Source: Promethearchaeota archaeon | GTDB lineage: Archaea > Asgardarchaeota > Lokiarchaeia > Sigyniarchaeales > SOKP01 | Length of the DNA stretch: 58,344 bases | Direction: 5' to 3' | Assembly (NCBI GenBank): GCA_018238625.1 | Contig: JABCSY010000011.1 | Coordinates: 1 to 58,344 of the forward strand | Shown: piece by piece, positions 10,417 through 19,379 of the stretch | How the letters are laid out: each line of letters begins with the position of its first letter | Numbering within the stretch: position 1 is the stretch's first letter | Translations under genes and position numbers: made by a program | The notes under the pieces: model-generated | What the model was told of the DNA's origin: nothing | Databases searched by the model: none | What the model saw: only the letters and a program-made list of their open reading frames with translations

Positions 10417-11424
10417 ATGATCATTTGTTCTAATTGTGGTGCGACTAATAACGAGGTGAGCGGTCATATTTGTAGGAAATGTGGCGCACTTCTCCCTACT
10501 TCCCGCAGAGCTCCCAGAATTAGAATGGATCCTAAAAAAAAGGAGATAAAAGAAACAAAACCTCAGAAAAGAATTCCTGATAAAAAAAAGGTTTCTAAAC
10601 CTCATCATTTAGACCTGCAAGATATCCCAAAACCCGAAAAATTAAACGAAATTGAGGATGATCTTATTGAAACCCAAACACCCTTCGAATACGAAGACGA
10701 CGAAGAGTTCGTAGAAAACGAATTGGAAGATGAAGAAGATATAGACGCTTTAGAAGAAATTACGCCTCAACCCTATAAAGGATCAATTATTGCGGATAAA
10801 GGAGTTTTCGGACCACCCCAACAAGTTAGGGGTCGTGTTGCTACGAAACAACGGAGCTCTCAAAAATCAACCGTATCCCCGACAGAAAAGGAGTCCGTGC
10901 TTTTAAAGCAAAAGCAACTAGAAGAAGATATGTCAAACGTATTGTCGTTTTTATCTAAGAAAATAACAGTTAAACCTTTAGAATCTATTAAGAAACAAAA
11001 GCAAGCTATTCAAGAGAAACCAGAAGAAAAGATTCCTCCTTCCAGCATGAACGAAATTTTAAAGGATTTGTTGAAGCTGGACCTACATATTGAAGCCTCT
11101 GCAATTATTAAGGGTGATGGTACGATTCTCGCTTCAGCAATTTCGTCAAGAATTTCAGAAACCTTATTTGCGACAATTGGTCAGAATTTATCCATGATTG
11201 GGGACGATATAATCAAAGGGTTAAGCGCGGGAACTTTGTTGAACATTTCTATAAGGGGTACTGATGGAGTGTTAGACCTCGCACCCATTGGTTCGAAAGA
11301 ATCACTTGGAGACGACATGATTTTAATAATTCTTTCACACCCTCGCGTAAAATCAGGAATAATATATTTTGCTGTTAGTATAGTTAAAAAACAAGTTAAA
11401 CAGTATTTAGGGTTATTAAAATAG
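10417..11424 (+). CDS. Zinc-ribbon + acidic linker + roadblock/LC7 domain protein
   Basis: CSNCG...CRKCG; EDDEEF-rich linker; C-terminal IEASAIIKGDGTILASAI...SIRGTDG...KSGIIYF. Confidence 0.8.
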   Translation: MIICSNCGATNNEVSGHICRKCGALLPTSRRAPRIRMDPKKKEIKETKPQKRIPDKKKVSKPHHLDLQDIPKPEKLNEIEDDLIETQTPFEYEDDEEFVENELEDEEDIDALEEITPQPYKGSIIADKGVFGPPQQVRGRVATKQRSSQKSTVSPTEKESVLLKQKQLEEDMSNVLSFLSKKITVKPLESIKKQKQAIQEKPEEKIPPSSMNEILKDLLKLDLHIEASAIIKGDGTILASAISSRISETLFATIGQNLSMIGDDIIKGLSAGTLLNISIRGTDGVLDLAPIGSKESLGDDMILIILSHPRVKSGIIYFAVSIVKKQVKQYLGLLK

Positions 11425-11460
11425 GGATTCGCTATCCTAATCTTATCATGTAATTTTATT

Positions 11461-12258
11461 TTATACTAATTGTTTTTGAACGATAATTCTATTAACTTCG
11501 ATCGTTTTAAAATAGTGTAAATTGATTCTTAATTCTTGCAAAAACGAATTTAAATTATTTATTCCCACTATTGGAACGTAATTTTCGTTAATTCTGGTCC
11601 AATTTGCTTCTAACGTAACCATAACAGGAATCAAGATAAACGGTAACCTTTTTCGAAAGTTAAACTTCATTCCTAATAGGTTCTGTATTAAATTTGATAG
11701 AATTTCAGGGTTCTTTTTTAAAGCTATTACTCTTTGGTATTGCAGATTTGCCGCTTTATTCATGGCACTGTAAGAGTCTTTGCGTTTCCACTGCTTAGCA
11801 TCGATTACCAACATATAACTTTGATAAATGCCAATCACATCGATCTCATACCTTTTTTGAGATGTTTCGTATTTGAGATCAGATTTATCTGAAAACCTAA
11901 AGTTTTTGGTTGTTTTATAACTGTTTTGAGATAAAATCTCTTTGATTAAAGCTTCAAAACCGTTGCAGTTTAATAGATACGATAGTTGATTAACGTCTAA
12001 CTCTAAAAACTGGAGGCATCTCGTAATAAACGCGATTTTATTTACTACTATATAATGAACATAGTTTCCTTTCTGAATTGAGATAAAATCAAACTTATCT
12101 AAAAAATCGCGGAGTTCAAAATCGCTAAAATCTTTGAAAAATTCAATTTCTGATATTTCAAACCATATTTCGGTTACAGCCGAATCCGTGTCTTTTAATA
12201 AGTTGTAAATCTCTAAGAAAAAATGCTTTATCGACGGCGAAGAATAAACCCTATACAT
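11461..12258 (-). CDS. PD-(D/E)xK restriction endonuclease-like protein (Mrr/NERD-like)
   Basis: GFEALI, YEIDVIG, LVIDAKQW. Confidence 0.75.
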   Translation of the reverse strand: MYRVYSSPSIKHFFLEIYNLLKDTDSAVTEIWFEISEIEFFKDFSDFELRDFLDKFDFISIQKGNYVHYIVVNKIAFITRCLQFLELDVNQLSYLLNCNGFEALIKEILSQNSYKTTKNFRFSDKSDLKYETSQKRYEIDVIGIYQSYMLVIDAKQWKRKDSYSAMNKAANLQYQRVIALKKNPEILSNLIQNLLGMKFNFRKRLPFILIPVMVTLEANWTRINENYVPIVGINNLNSFLQELRINLHYFKTIEVNRIIVQKQLV

Positions 12259-12405
12259 AATGTAAATTAAGTTGATGGTTTTAATAAAGAAATGAGAGTA
12301 ATGGTATAATGATCAAAGTGTCGTGTCGTAAAGAAAGTGGTATAAAATGGGATAAATTAAACATAATTTTTAAAGAATAATTTGATTGATTATTATGTAT
12401 AAAAA

Positions 12406-12642
12406 ATGAAAAATTTAGATAAATGGTTTTTATTAAGTTGGAAGAAAGTAGCAATAATTATTATAGCTTGGATTGCTTCTGTTATTCTACATAATCTTGT
12501 TTATGTTATCTTTTCTGATTATTTTAATGCGACGATCGGTGGAGACGAGCCTTTTTTCTTTTTGATTGCTATATTTGTAATTCCGCTTTATGTAGTAGTT
12601 TTAATTATCTATACAATAAAAAAGAAATTAAATACTCAATAG
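12406..12642 (+). CDS. Small two-TM membrane protein
   Basis: Two hydrophobic helices separated by GGDEPFFF. Confidence 0.65.
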   Translation: MKNLDKWFLLSWKKVAIIIIAWIASVILHNLVYVIFSDYFNATIGGDEPFFFLIAIFVIPLYVVVLIIYTIKKKLNTQ

Positions 12643-12664
12643 ATATCATACAATAATCTTAATA

Positions 12665-13090
12665 TTATTCAGAAATGTTTGAAGTCTCGATTAATTTTTT
12701 AACTTCGTTGAATTCCTCAATAACCCAAGTATAAATAAATTCTTTCAATTCAGCAATATTGTCGCATTCAGATATTTTATCCTTTAAATCGTTGTAAGGA
12801 AATCCAATTCGGGTATTCTGTAGGCGGGCAATCTCAAATCCAAATCTCAATAAAGAATAACTAACAAGCTCTCTTATGAGGGGGGCAGTTAGAATCTTAA
12901 GATTTGAGGATGTTACAAAACGAAAAACATCAAGAGTAATTTTTTCAGCGTCTTGTTCTGACAGTTCGGTTTCCTTTCGTAATGAATTATATATACGGAT
13001 AGGTTCAAACCTTTTTTTTTTTACTATTCCAGATTCTTTATCCTTGTATAACACTTCTGGTAAAGAATGAACGATTTTATTTTCAAACAT
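12665..13090 (-). CDS. Stand-alone ATP-cone domain protein
   Basis: F...RIYNSLRKET.LS..DAEKI...LTAPLIRELV...L...G....R..NTRIGFP.D resembles the N-terminus of archaeal NrdD. Confidence 0.7.
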   Translation of the reverse strand: MFENKIVHSLPEVLYKDKESGIVKKKRFEPIRIYNSLRKETELSEQDAEKITLDVFRFVTSSNLKILTAPLIRELVSYSLLRFGFEIARLQNTRIGFPYNDLKDKISECDNIAELKEFIYTWVIEEFNEVKKLIETSNISE

Positions 13091-13448
13091 AATAAAAAGC
13101 TAATTGTCTAATTTATAATTATTAAAAGAAAGTAATTATTTTAAAAAATTTTTATTCATCTTTTATTAAATCTTGTTAAAAACAATTCTTTTTTTTGTTT
13201 TAAGTTCTCGCCTTTATAGAAAAAGGTACAAGGTAATGTATGTTATACAATAATTATTGTTAATCTTGAAAACATTTAATAGAAGATTCTTTTTTGATAT
13301 ATTAAAGTATTAAAATATTAAAATAGTATATTTTAAATCGATTAGAAGAATTAGCATAAATATGTATTTATCTTATGATTTAATAGTAGCCTTACTATAC
13401 TTAATATCTTTTAAATCTTGTTGATAATCGAAAATACTTCAAAGAATT

Positions 13449-14867
13449 ATGTCGAAACCAAAAGCTGAGATCATAAATTCAATCGTTTTAAGTGTGTTTG
13501 ACGACGATGGCCCAACTCCAAAGATATATTGGCCAAGTAATATGGACGAGTCTTCGCGATTACTGATCGCAATGAAAACGATTAGCCTACTGATGGGCGA
13601 TTCAGTGTATCAAAATAGTACATCTACAGAAGAAGTAAACTATTTTGGAATACTTCCATTTCCTGATTTAAAACTCAATGGATTAACTTACTTCTTTCTC
13701 ATTTTCGATCCAGAAGCAAGAGGGAACGCTAAGGCAGCAACGATTACCGTTCTAATAAACGAGGAAGATAGGGTTTTCTTCTACGAAAACATGAAATATC
13801 TAAGAGTCATTATCGATAATGCAGCCTCAAAAGTTCAATTAGCAAAATCTATGGAAGAAAATGAAGTTATTATCAATGAACTAAGAGAAGAATTGCTAGA
13901 ATTTACAAGTGAAATAAAAGACCCATTTTCTTTAAAACGGCAAATCAAAATCTTATTTACCGGTCTAGACAAAGTAGGTAAAACGAGTTTTCTCCATGCG
14001 ACTAAAAAGCGATATTCTGAGATTATTAAAGCGTTACCGACTAAAGGAGTAGCAAGAACGGAAGAAAAGATATTTGAAGAACAAAACTCGACTATAACAA
14101 TTTGGGATCTAGGTGGGCAAAAGCAATATCGCGAAAAATTTCTCGAACAACGCAAAATTTACTTGTACAACGTAGATTTACTCTTTTACGTTATAGACAT
14201 TCAAGACTCCGAAAGGATTGCAAAATCAATAGAATTGTTTAAAAATATAATAGATTCCCTACTAGAGTTAGACGAGTTTCCTCCGATCGTCGTTTGTCTA
14301 AATAAATACGACCCTGATATTAGGAAGTCAAAAGAAATTAAAAACAATCTAAAGACTTTAAGAGATGAAATTAGTAAAATTTCTGATAAGTTTAGATTTT
14401 TTGTTAAAATTTTTGAAACCTCGATTTTTGACCACTGGTCTTTAATAGCGGCTTACTCTCATGGACTTTCACAACTTAGTCCAAATAGAGAGTTATTCGA
14501 AAACCAATTGAAACATTTCTCTAAGAAAATAAATTCTGACGCAATACTTCTGCTAAATGAGAACGGAATAATTTTGTCAAACTTTTCTACAACAGGCATT
14601 TCTGAAAAGGTTTTTGAAATTTCGGCGCCGCATTTTCAAACGCTCTACAAAACATTCAAGGAATTTAAATTGCTAAAGCAAGATTTCTTAATTTCTTCAG
14701 GAATAACAAGCGAATCTAAAAATATAATATTTAAAAAGATACCTGTTGAAAAGTATAATCTATATTTATTACTCTTTATGGAAAAGGATTTAAATCTGGA
14801 AAAGATCGATAAAAATTTACCAAAATTCTCTAAAAATCTTAAGGATTTAATTCACACCTATATTTAA
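13449..14867 (+). CDS. uDENN/longin-like + Rag-like GTPase + roadblock fusion
   Basis: N-terminal FDDDGP and FDPEARG; GLDKVGKT, PTKG, WDLGGQ, NKYD, TSIFDHWSL; C-terminal SDAILLLNENGIILS. Confidence 0.85.
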   Translation: MSKPKAEIINSIVLSVFDDDGPTPKIYWPSNMDESSRLLIAMKTISLLMGDSVYQNSTSTEEVNYFGILPFPDLKLNGLTYFFLIFDPEARGNAKAATITVLINEEDRVFFYENMKYLRVIIDNAASKVQLAKSMEENEVIINELREELLEFTSEIKDPFSLKRQIKILFTGLDKVGKTSFLHATKKRYSEIIKALPTKGVARTEEKIFEEQNSTITIWDLGGQKQYREKFLEQRKIYLYNVDLLFYVIDIQDSERIAKSIELFKNIIDSLLELDEFPPIVVCLNKYDPDIRKSKEIKNNLKTLRDEISKISDKFRFFVKIFETSIFDHWSLIAAYSHGLSQLSPNRELFENQLKHFSKKINSDAILLLNENGIILSNFSTTGISEKVFEISAPHFQTLYKTFKEFKLLKQDFLISSGITSESKNIIFKKIPVEKYNLYLLLFMEKDLNLEKIDKNLPKFSKNLKDLIHTYI

Positions 14868-14885
14868 GGTTTAAATAAAAAAAAA

Positions 14886-16139
14886 TTAATAATTATGATA
14901 TTCTTCTCTCTTTTTTCTGCTTGATCTAATTAACAGAACTATCCCGATTATTACAATCCCAACTATAGAGCAAATTATTATAATAACGAGAAGATCAAGA
15001 GTATGCAGATTTGTACTGATAACTTTTAAATTCAGACTATAATCATAATCAAATGTAGATGAGAGCATATAAACAAGGCATGGATGAGGAAATTCACTTT
15101 CATCAGGTAACTCAGGAATAGAAAACCAAGCTCCTATATTAAAATTTAAACGAAAATAATCGATACGATTGAAGTAGTCTCCAGTTTCATCCCATGTTGG
15201 ATCACAAGCTATCCATCCAATATTAGGCACATAGTATTCAACCCAAGCGTGCCCCAAAATATTAGTTTGACCACCAGAGCGAGAGAAGAAAGACCATTCT
15301 TGTCCAACATAAGGTTTTATAGTTGGATCAGCAGATATGACAAATCCCGTTACTTTTCGCGCTGGGATTCCTTGACATCGTAAGAGAGTAATCATTAAGC
15401 TTGAATATTCGCTACAGTCACCTAGTTGATTGTCGTAAGCCCATTTTGCGCCTTTTTCTTCTTCTAGAGAATCGTCATAAGTAAGATGATCAACAACCCA
15501 ATCGCAAATTTTTTGAGCTTTAACAACTGGATTATCTCCGGGATTTACTATGCTATGTGATGTTGTGTTTATATTAAAGTCGTCCCTTTCATAATATACT
15601 TCAGAGTTATTACAATATAACGAAAACATTTCATCAGAAGTGTCGTAATTACCTATTTCTGAGGGGTTTATGTTATTAAAAAAGACTTCATTTAGCGTTA
15701 TTTCGTATTGTTGGTTTAAAGTAATTGTTTCACTAGGAGAGAGATAACTCGCATTGAAAATATCGTAAGTATTATTAAATCTATCGCGATAAATAAAAGG
15801 ATCGTTATCGCTACCGATTATACTACTATATTGTAATTCGCTTTCTTGGTAAGGCCCACAATATTGGGTTAATGTGGAATTTGGTCGACGATCATTTAAT
15901 CTTGAGAATTGAAACGAGTAATTTCCTACAGGTCCAGAGTGATGAATGAGCGAAAAATTAATTTGTACTTGATAAGTTACACTTTGAGTAGTTTCATAAT
16001 TAGATACTCCATTCTCTGAACTTATCGTTATTGTAGTAAGTTTTAATTGACTTGGAGAAAATATAACTACATTTAATGGCAAAAAAATGATCGGAAAAAT
16101 TAAAATGGCTAAAATAAAAGAAAATCCTAATATTTTCAT
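14886..16139 (-). CDS. Membrane-anchored transglutaminase-like (papain fold) protein
   Basis: GDCSEYS, GIPARKVTG, HAWVEYY, DPTW triad; N-terminal signal and C-terminal TM. Confidence 0.9.
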   Translation of the reverse strand: MKILGFSFILAILIFPIIFLPLNVVIFSPSQLKLTTITISSENGVSNYETTQSVTYQVQINFSLIHHSGPVGNYSFQFSRLNDRRPNSTLTQYCGPYQESELQYSSIIGSDNDPFIYRDRFNNTYDIFNASYLSPSETITLNQQYEITLNEVFFNNINPSEIGNYDTSDEMFSLYCNNSEVYYERDDFNINTTSHSIVNPGDNPVVKAQKICDWVVDHLTYDDSLEEEKGAKWAYDNQLGDCSEYSSLMITLLRCQGIPARKVTGFVISADPTIKPYVGQEWSFFSRSGGQTNILGHAWVEYYVPNIGWIACDPTWDETGDYFNRIDYFRLNFNIGAWFSIPELPDESEFPHPCLVYMLSSTFDYDYSLNLKVISTNLHTLDLLVIIIICSIVGIVIIGIVLLIRSSRKKREEYHNY

Positions 16140-16290
16140 CTTAAATGTTTTTTAATCTATTTTTTTATAATCTTAATAAAAATCTCTCTTTTTATTTTTA
16201 ATGATATTTCTTCTAAAGAAATAGATTATTAAGAACGAATTTTTACTAATTTATTAAAAAATTAGTTGATATGTTAAGGGGATTAATACT

Positions 16291-16932
16291 ATTATTTATA
16301 AGATTTTTTTAATTGATAGCGACAATGGGATAGCAATATTAGAAGCTACGTTTAAAGAACTTAAAAAAGATAAAATACCTAACGGTGTCATACCGGGCTT
16401 CTTCAAAGAAATCAATGATATTATCGATGTAATCCAAGGTGCTATGGTTAAGGGAAAAAATGGAAACGAAATTACTAGAATTGTCGAATCTGAAAATTCT
16501 ACCATCATTATTATTTATCATCCAAATTCAAGAATCCTTTTTTGTTCAATTTCTGACGCAGATGATGATGTAGATAAATTAATTGAAGTAATTAAAAGAA
16601 TTGCTAACAGATTTTGGAAAAAACATCAATCAGATATAAAAATCTTTAGAACTACTTCAGAAAAATCTAGATTTCAAACGATTATTGCCGATATCGAAAA
16701 TCTGACCCGTGGGGGAACGATAGCTGAAGTTTTCCCAAAATTGCTTGTCGTAAAAAATGTAATGAAAAAGATCCTATCGATGGGGATGATTAACGAATCT
16801 GATTTTCAAGTTGCTTTAAAATGCACTGGTGAGTCCTCACCGCTAAAAATTGCTAGAGAATTAAGTAAAACGCGAAACGGTGTGAACGAAGTTTTAAAAA
16901 GATTAGAAGAATTAGACATAATTAAAATGTAA
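16291..16932 (+). CDS. Longin-like + winged-HTH protein (N-terminus extended versus ORF track)
   Basis: Frame open from 16270 gives IIYKIFLIDSDNGIAILE...IPGFFKEI (longin start); C-terminal SPLKIARELSK..NGV.EVLKRLEE. Confidence 0.7.
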   Translation: MIYKIFLIDSDNGIAILEATFKELKKDKIPNGVIPGFFKEINDIIDVIQGAMVKGKNGNEITRIVESENSTIIIIYHPNSRILFCSISDADDDVDKLIEVIKRIANRFWKKHQSDIKIFRTTSEKSRFQTIIADIENLTRGGTIAEVFPKLLVVKNVMKKILSMGMINESDFQVALKCTGESSPLKIARELSKTRNGVNEVLKRLEELDIIKM

Positions 16933-17086
16933 AAAGAATTTTTCTATAGAATTTCTTTATAGATAAAGTGTAATTTTTTTCGAATTATCACTAAAAAATA
17001 AGTGAAACCTCACTCAAATAGAAAAAAATAAAAGGTTTCTATTTTTATCTAAATTACTTTATTATCAATTTAGTGGTACTTAGATC

Positions 17087-17716
17087 ATGGAAAATAATAA
17101 AAATATTATGGCAGTAGTAATTTCTCCCGCAAAAGACGCTCATAAACGTGAGGCTAAAGGGTTTTCATTGTCAGAAATAAAAGAAGCTGGAAAAACTCCT
17201 GAATTATTAAAAGCTTTAAATGTAAATGTCGATTATTTCAGGAAATCTAAGTATGAGTCTAACATTGAACAGCTAAAAAAATTGAAACCGGTCAAGAAGG
17301 GTTTAAAGAAGAAACCTTACGTGTTCAAAGAAAAGAAAAGAACGCCTTTCAAACCAAAAGCAGAAAAAAAAGTGAGAAAAAAGCCAATTAAAGTAGAAAA
17401 AACCGAACAAAAACCTAAGATCACTAAAAAAGCACCTCCTCCAAAGAAAACAATCAAAGAAGTAGAAGAACTAGAACTAAAACCCCCAAAGAAAGAGAAG
17501 AAAGAGAAGAAAGAAAAATCAAAATCTGATAAGACAAAATTGACCTCTTTAACAGGTTTAGGACCTGCTGCTGCTAAAAAATTAGAGGCGCTTGGAGTAA
17601 GTTGCGTTGAAGAACTCGTTAAAGAAAACCCAGGAGACCTAGCACCCTTAATCAAAGGAATCTCCGAAGAAAGAATAAGTAAATGGTGCGACGAAGGAAA
17701 AGAAATATTGAAATAG
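17087..17716 (+). CDS. rpl13e: Ribosomal protein eL13 fused to Lys-rich linker and helix-hairpin-helix domain
   Basis: REAKGFSLSEIKEAG...VD.FRKS..E.NIEQLK; C-terminal LTGLGPAAAKKLEALGV and IKGISEERISKW. Confidence 0.85.
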   Translation: MENNKNIMAVVISPAKDAHKREAKGFSLSEIKEAGKTPELLKALNVNVDYFRKSKYESNIEQLKKLKPVKKGLKKKPYVFKEKKRTPFKPKAEKKVRKKPIKVEKTEQKPKITKKAPPPKKTIKEVEELELKPPKKEKKEKKEKSKSDKTKLTSLTGLGPAAAKKLEALGVSCVEELVKENPGDLAPLIKGISEERISKWCDEGKEILK

Positions 17717-17910
17717 CGCTAAAAACAATAAATTTCTATGTCTTCACCTTTTTAAATGCATAAATTTTAATTAATTTTTTTTGTGCAATATTCCTAAATG
17801 TTTGTTCAATAGGGAAAATAAAGATTTTTATTTATCAAAACTATTTAGATGGTATAAAAAATTATTTTAAAACAAATTACCGTAATTATCTATAATTTGG
17901 TGACGAAAGA

Positions 17911-18405
17911 ATGGAATACAATTATTACAGCTATGAGAAGCTTGAGGGTAAAATCCTAGTTCCAAAATTGCCTATTTGGTTTAGAGAAGTAGAATTTAAC
18001 GGAGATAAAAGCGAAGGAAATTTAATATTACACTCTCAAAACGAATACGACGAGATTTATGGTTCTAATGCTAAAATGGAAATTCTTTGGGAAAAAAAAG
18101 AAAGAGAAGGATTCTACTACGCCAAGGAAGTGCAGCAGTCAATAGATTTATATAATGCGATCGGATTTGCAGTTACCTCTAAAGAAAATACTTGGTTAAT
18201 GAGTCACGAATTCACTTTTTGGTACGGGCAACGTACTAAAATGATGAGGAAGCGATACTACCGAGAGAAGTGTATTCACGGAATTTTCTATTGCGAGATA
18301 ACTAAACGATTAATTAATCTACATACAACTATTATCGATAAATTTTATGATAATTTCAAACCGTTCGTTATTAAATCATATAACACGTTTATTTGCCATG
18401 AATAA
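17911..18405 (+). CDS. Hypothetical protein
   Basis: 164-aa ORF, no recognised motif. Confidence 0.7.
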   Translation: MEYNYYSYEKLEGKILVPKLPIWFREVEFNGDKSEGNLILHSQNEYDEIYGSNAKMEILWEKKEREGFYYAKEVQQSIDLYNAIGFAVTSKENTWLMSHEFTFWYGQRTKMMRKRYYREKCIHGIFYCEITKRLINLHTTIIDKFYDNFKPFVIKSYNTFICHE

Positions 18406-18425
18406 ATCTGGATTCGCACATACTT

Positions 18426-19175
18426 CTATTTATTCAGTTTTTGAGCTAATATGAAGAAGTTGTCCTTCTTATTTGGACCACCCATCTTTTTAAATTCTAG
18501 AATGACATATTCGGTTAACAATTTCTTTATCTCTTTGTTAGAGAAAAAGTGATAAAACCGATTGTAAGTTTTCTTTTCCGCGGACAAAGTCCAAGGGACG
18601 AATTTATCTCCGTATTCATTTAATCCAAGATTGATTTGAGTTTTTCTATATTTTGGATTAAATAGCCTTTTTATCTTATCTTTTATAAAATAGCTTCTAT
18701 ACTTTTTTTGATATTTACGCCAAACTGTAAACAAAAAACATCCCTTATTTCTTAACAAATAGTATAATTGCGAAATAGCGTAATTACATTGAGTTTTGTT
18801 TTTGATATGATGTATAGTAGCAATTGAAAAAATGTTTTGAATAACATTAGGTCGTATTGGTAAAAATAAGATATCGCTTAGTATTAATTGGATGAATTTC
18901 AAACTTTCTTTGGGAAGATTATTATTAGACTTTAGACGATCTCTCGCAATCCTTAAAAACTCGAGAGAATTATCAACTCCAATTAATCTATTATTAGGTT
19001 GTAGAAAGGCGCTAAAATTTCTACCATTTGCACATCCTAAGTCAATATTGTAGCCTGTAAAAGAAATTTCTTTTTCTTTTATCTCCTTTACGAACGTCTC
19101 TAAGTCTTTCCAAGGTTTACTTCTCTTTTTGTGATAATCTTTCGCTAGAAAGTTATATAACTCCTTTTCCATCAA
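18426..19175 (-). CDS. trm9: Trm9/ALKBH8-like class I SAM tRNA methyltransferase
   Basis: Y...A..Y...RSKPW, DLGCANGR, SIATIHH, TVW, D.FVPW, RFYHFF match the Trm9 family pattern. Confidence 0.7.
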   Translation of the reverse strand: MMEKELYNFLAKDYHKKRSKPWKDLETFVKEIKEKEISFTGYNIDLGCANGRNFSAFLQPNNRLIGVDNSLEFLRIARDRLKSNNNLPKESLKFIQLILSDILFLPIRPNVIQNIFSIATIHHIKNKTQCNYAISQLYYLLRNKGCFLFTVWRKYQKKYRSYFIKDKIKRLFNPKYRKTQINLGLNEYGDKFVPWTLSAEKKTYNRFYHFFSNKEIKKLLTEYVILEFKKMGGPNKKDNFFILAQKLNK

Positions 19176-19332
19176 ATTATAACTAATTTATAATCTAAAA
19201 AATTTTATTAATTGTTTTAGCTGTGGGATTTTTAAAATTTTAGGTAAAAAATATATAAAAAGATAAAAATTATCCAATCAAATAGTTAAACAATAACATA
19301 ATATTTACTTTCTGGACACGAATGTCAATTTA

Positions 19333-19366
19333 AGCAAACAATAGCAACTAGCGAACAATAGCAACT
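19333..19366 (+). repeat. 17-nt tandem direct repeat x2 in 5' region
   Basis: agcaaacaatagcaact / agcgaacaatagcaact, one mismatch. Confidence 0.7.
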
Positions 19367-19379
19367 AAGCGGTTAAAAT

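Noticed and set aside
11461-12258. Restriction-modification or defence island
   Set aside because: Solitary nuclease with no DNA methylase or defence neighbours; the 18426 methyltransferase is Trm9-like.
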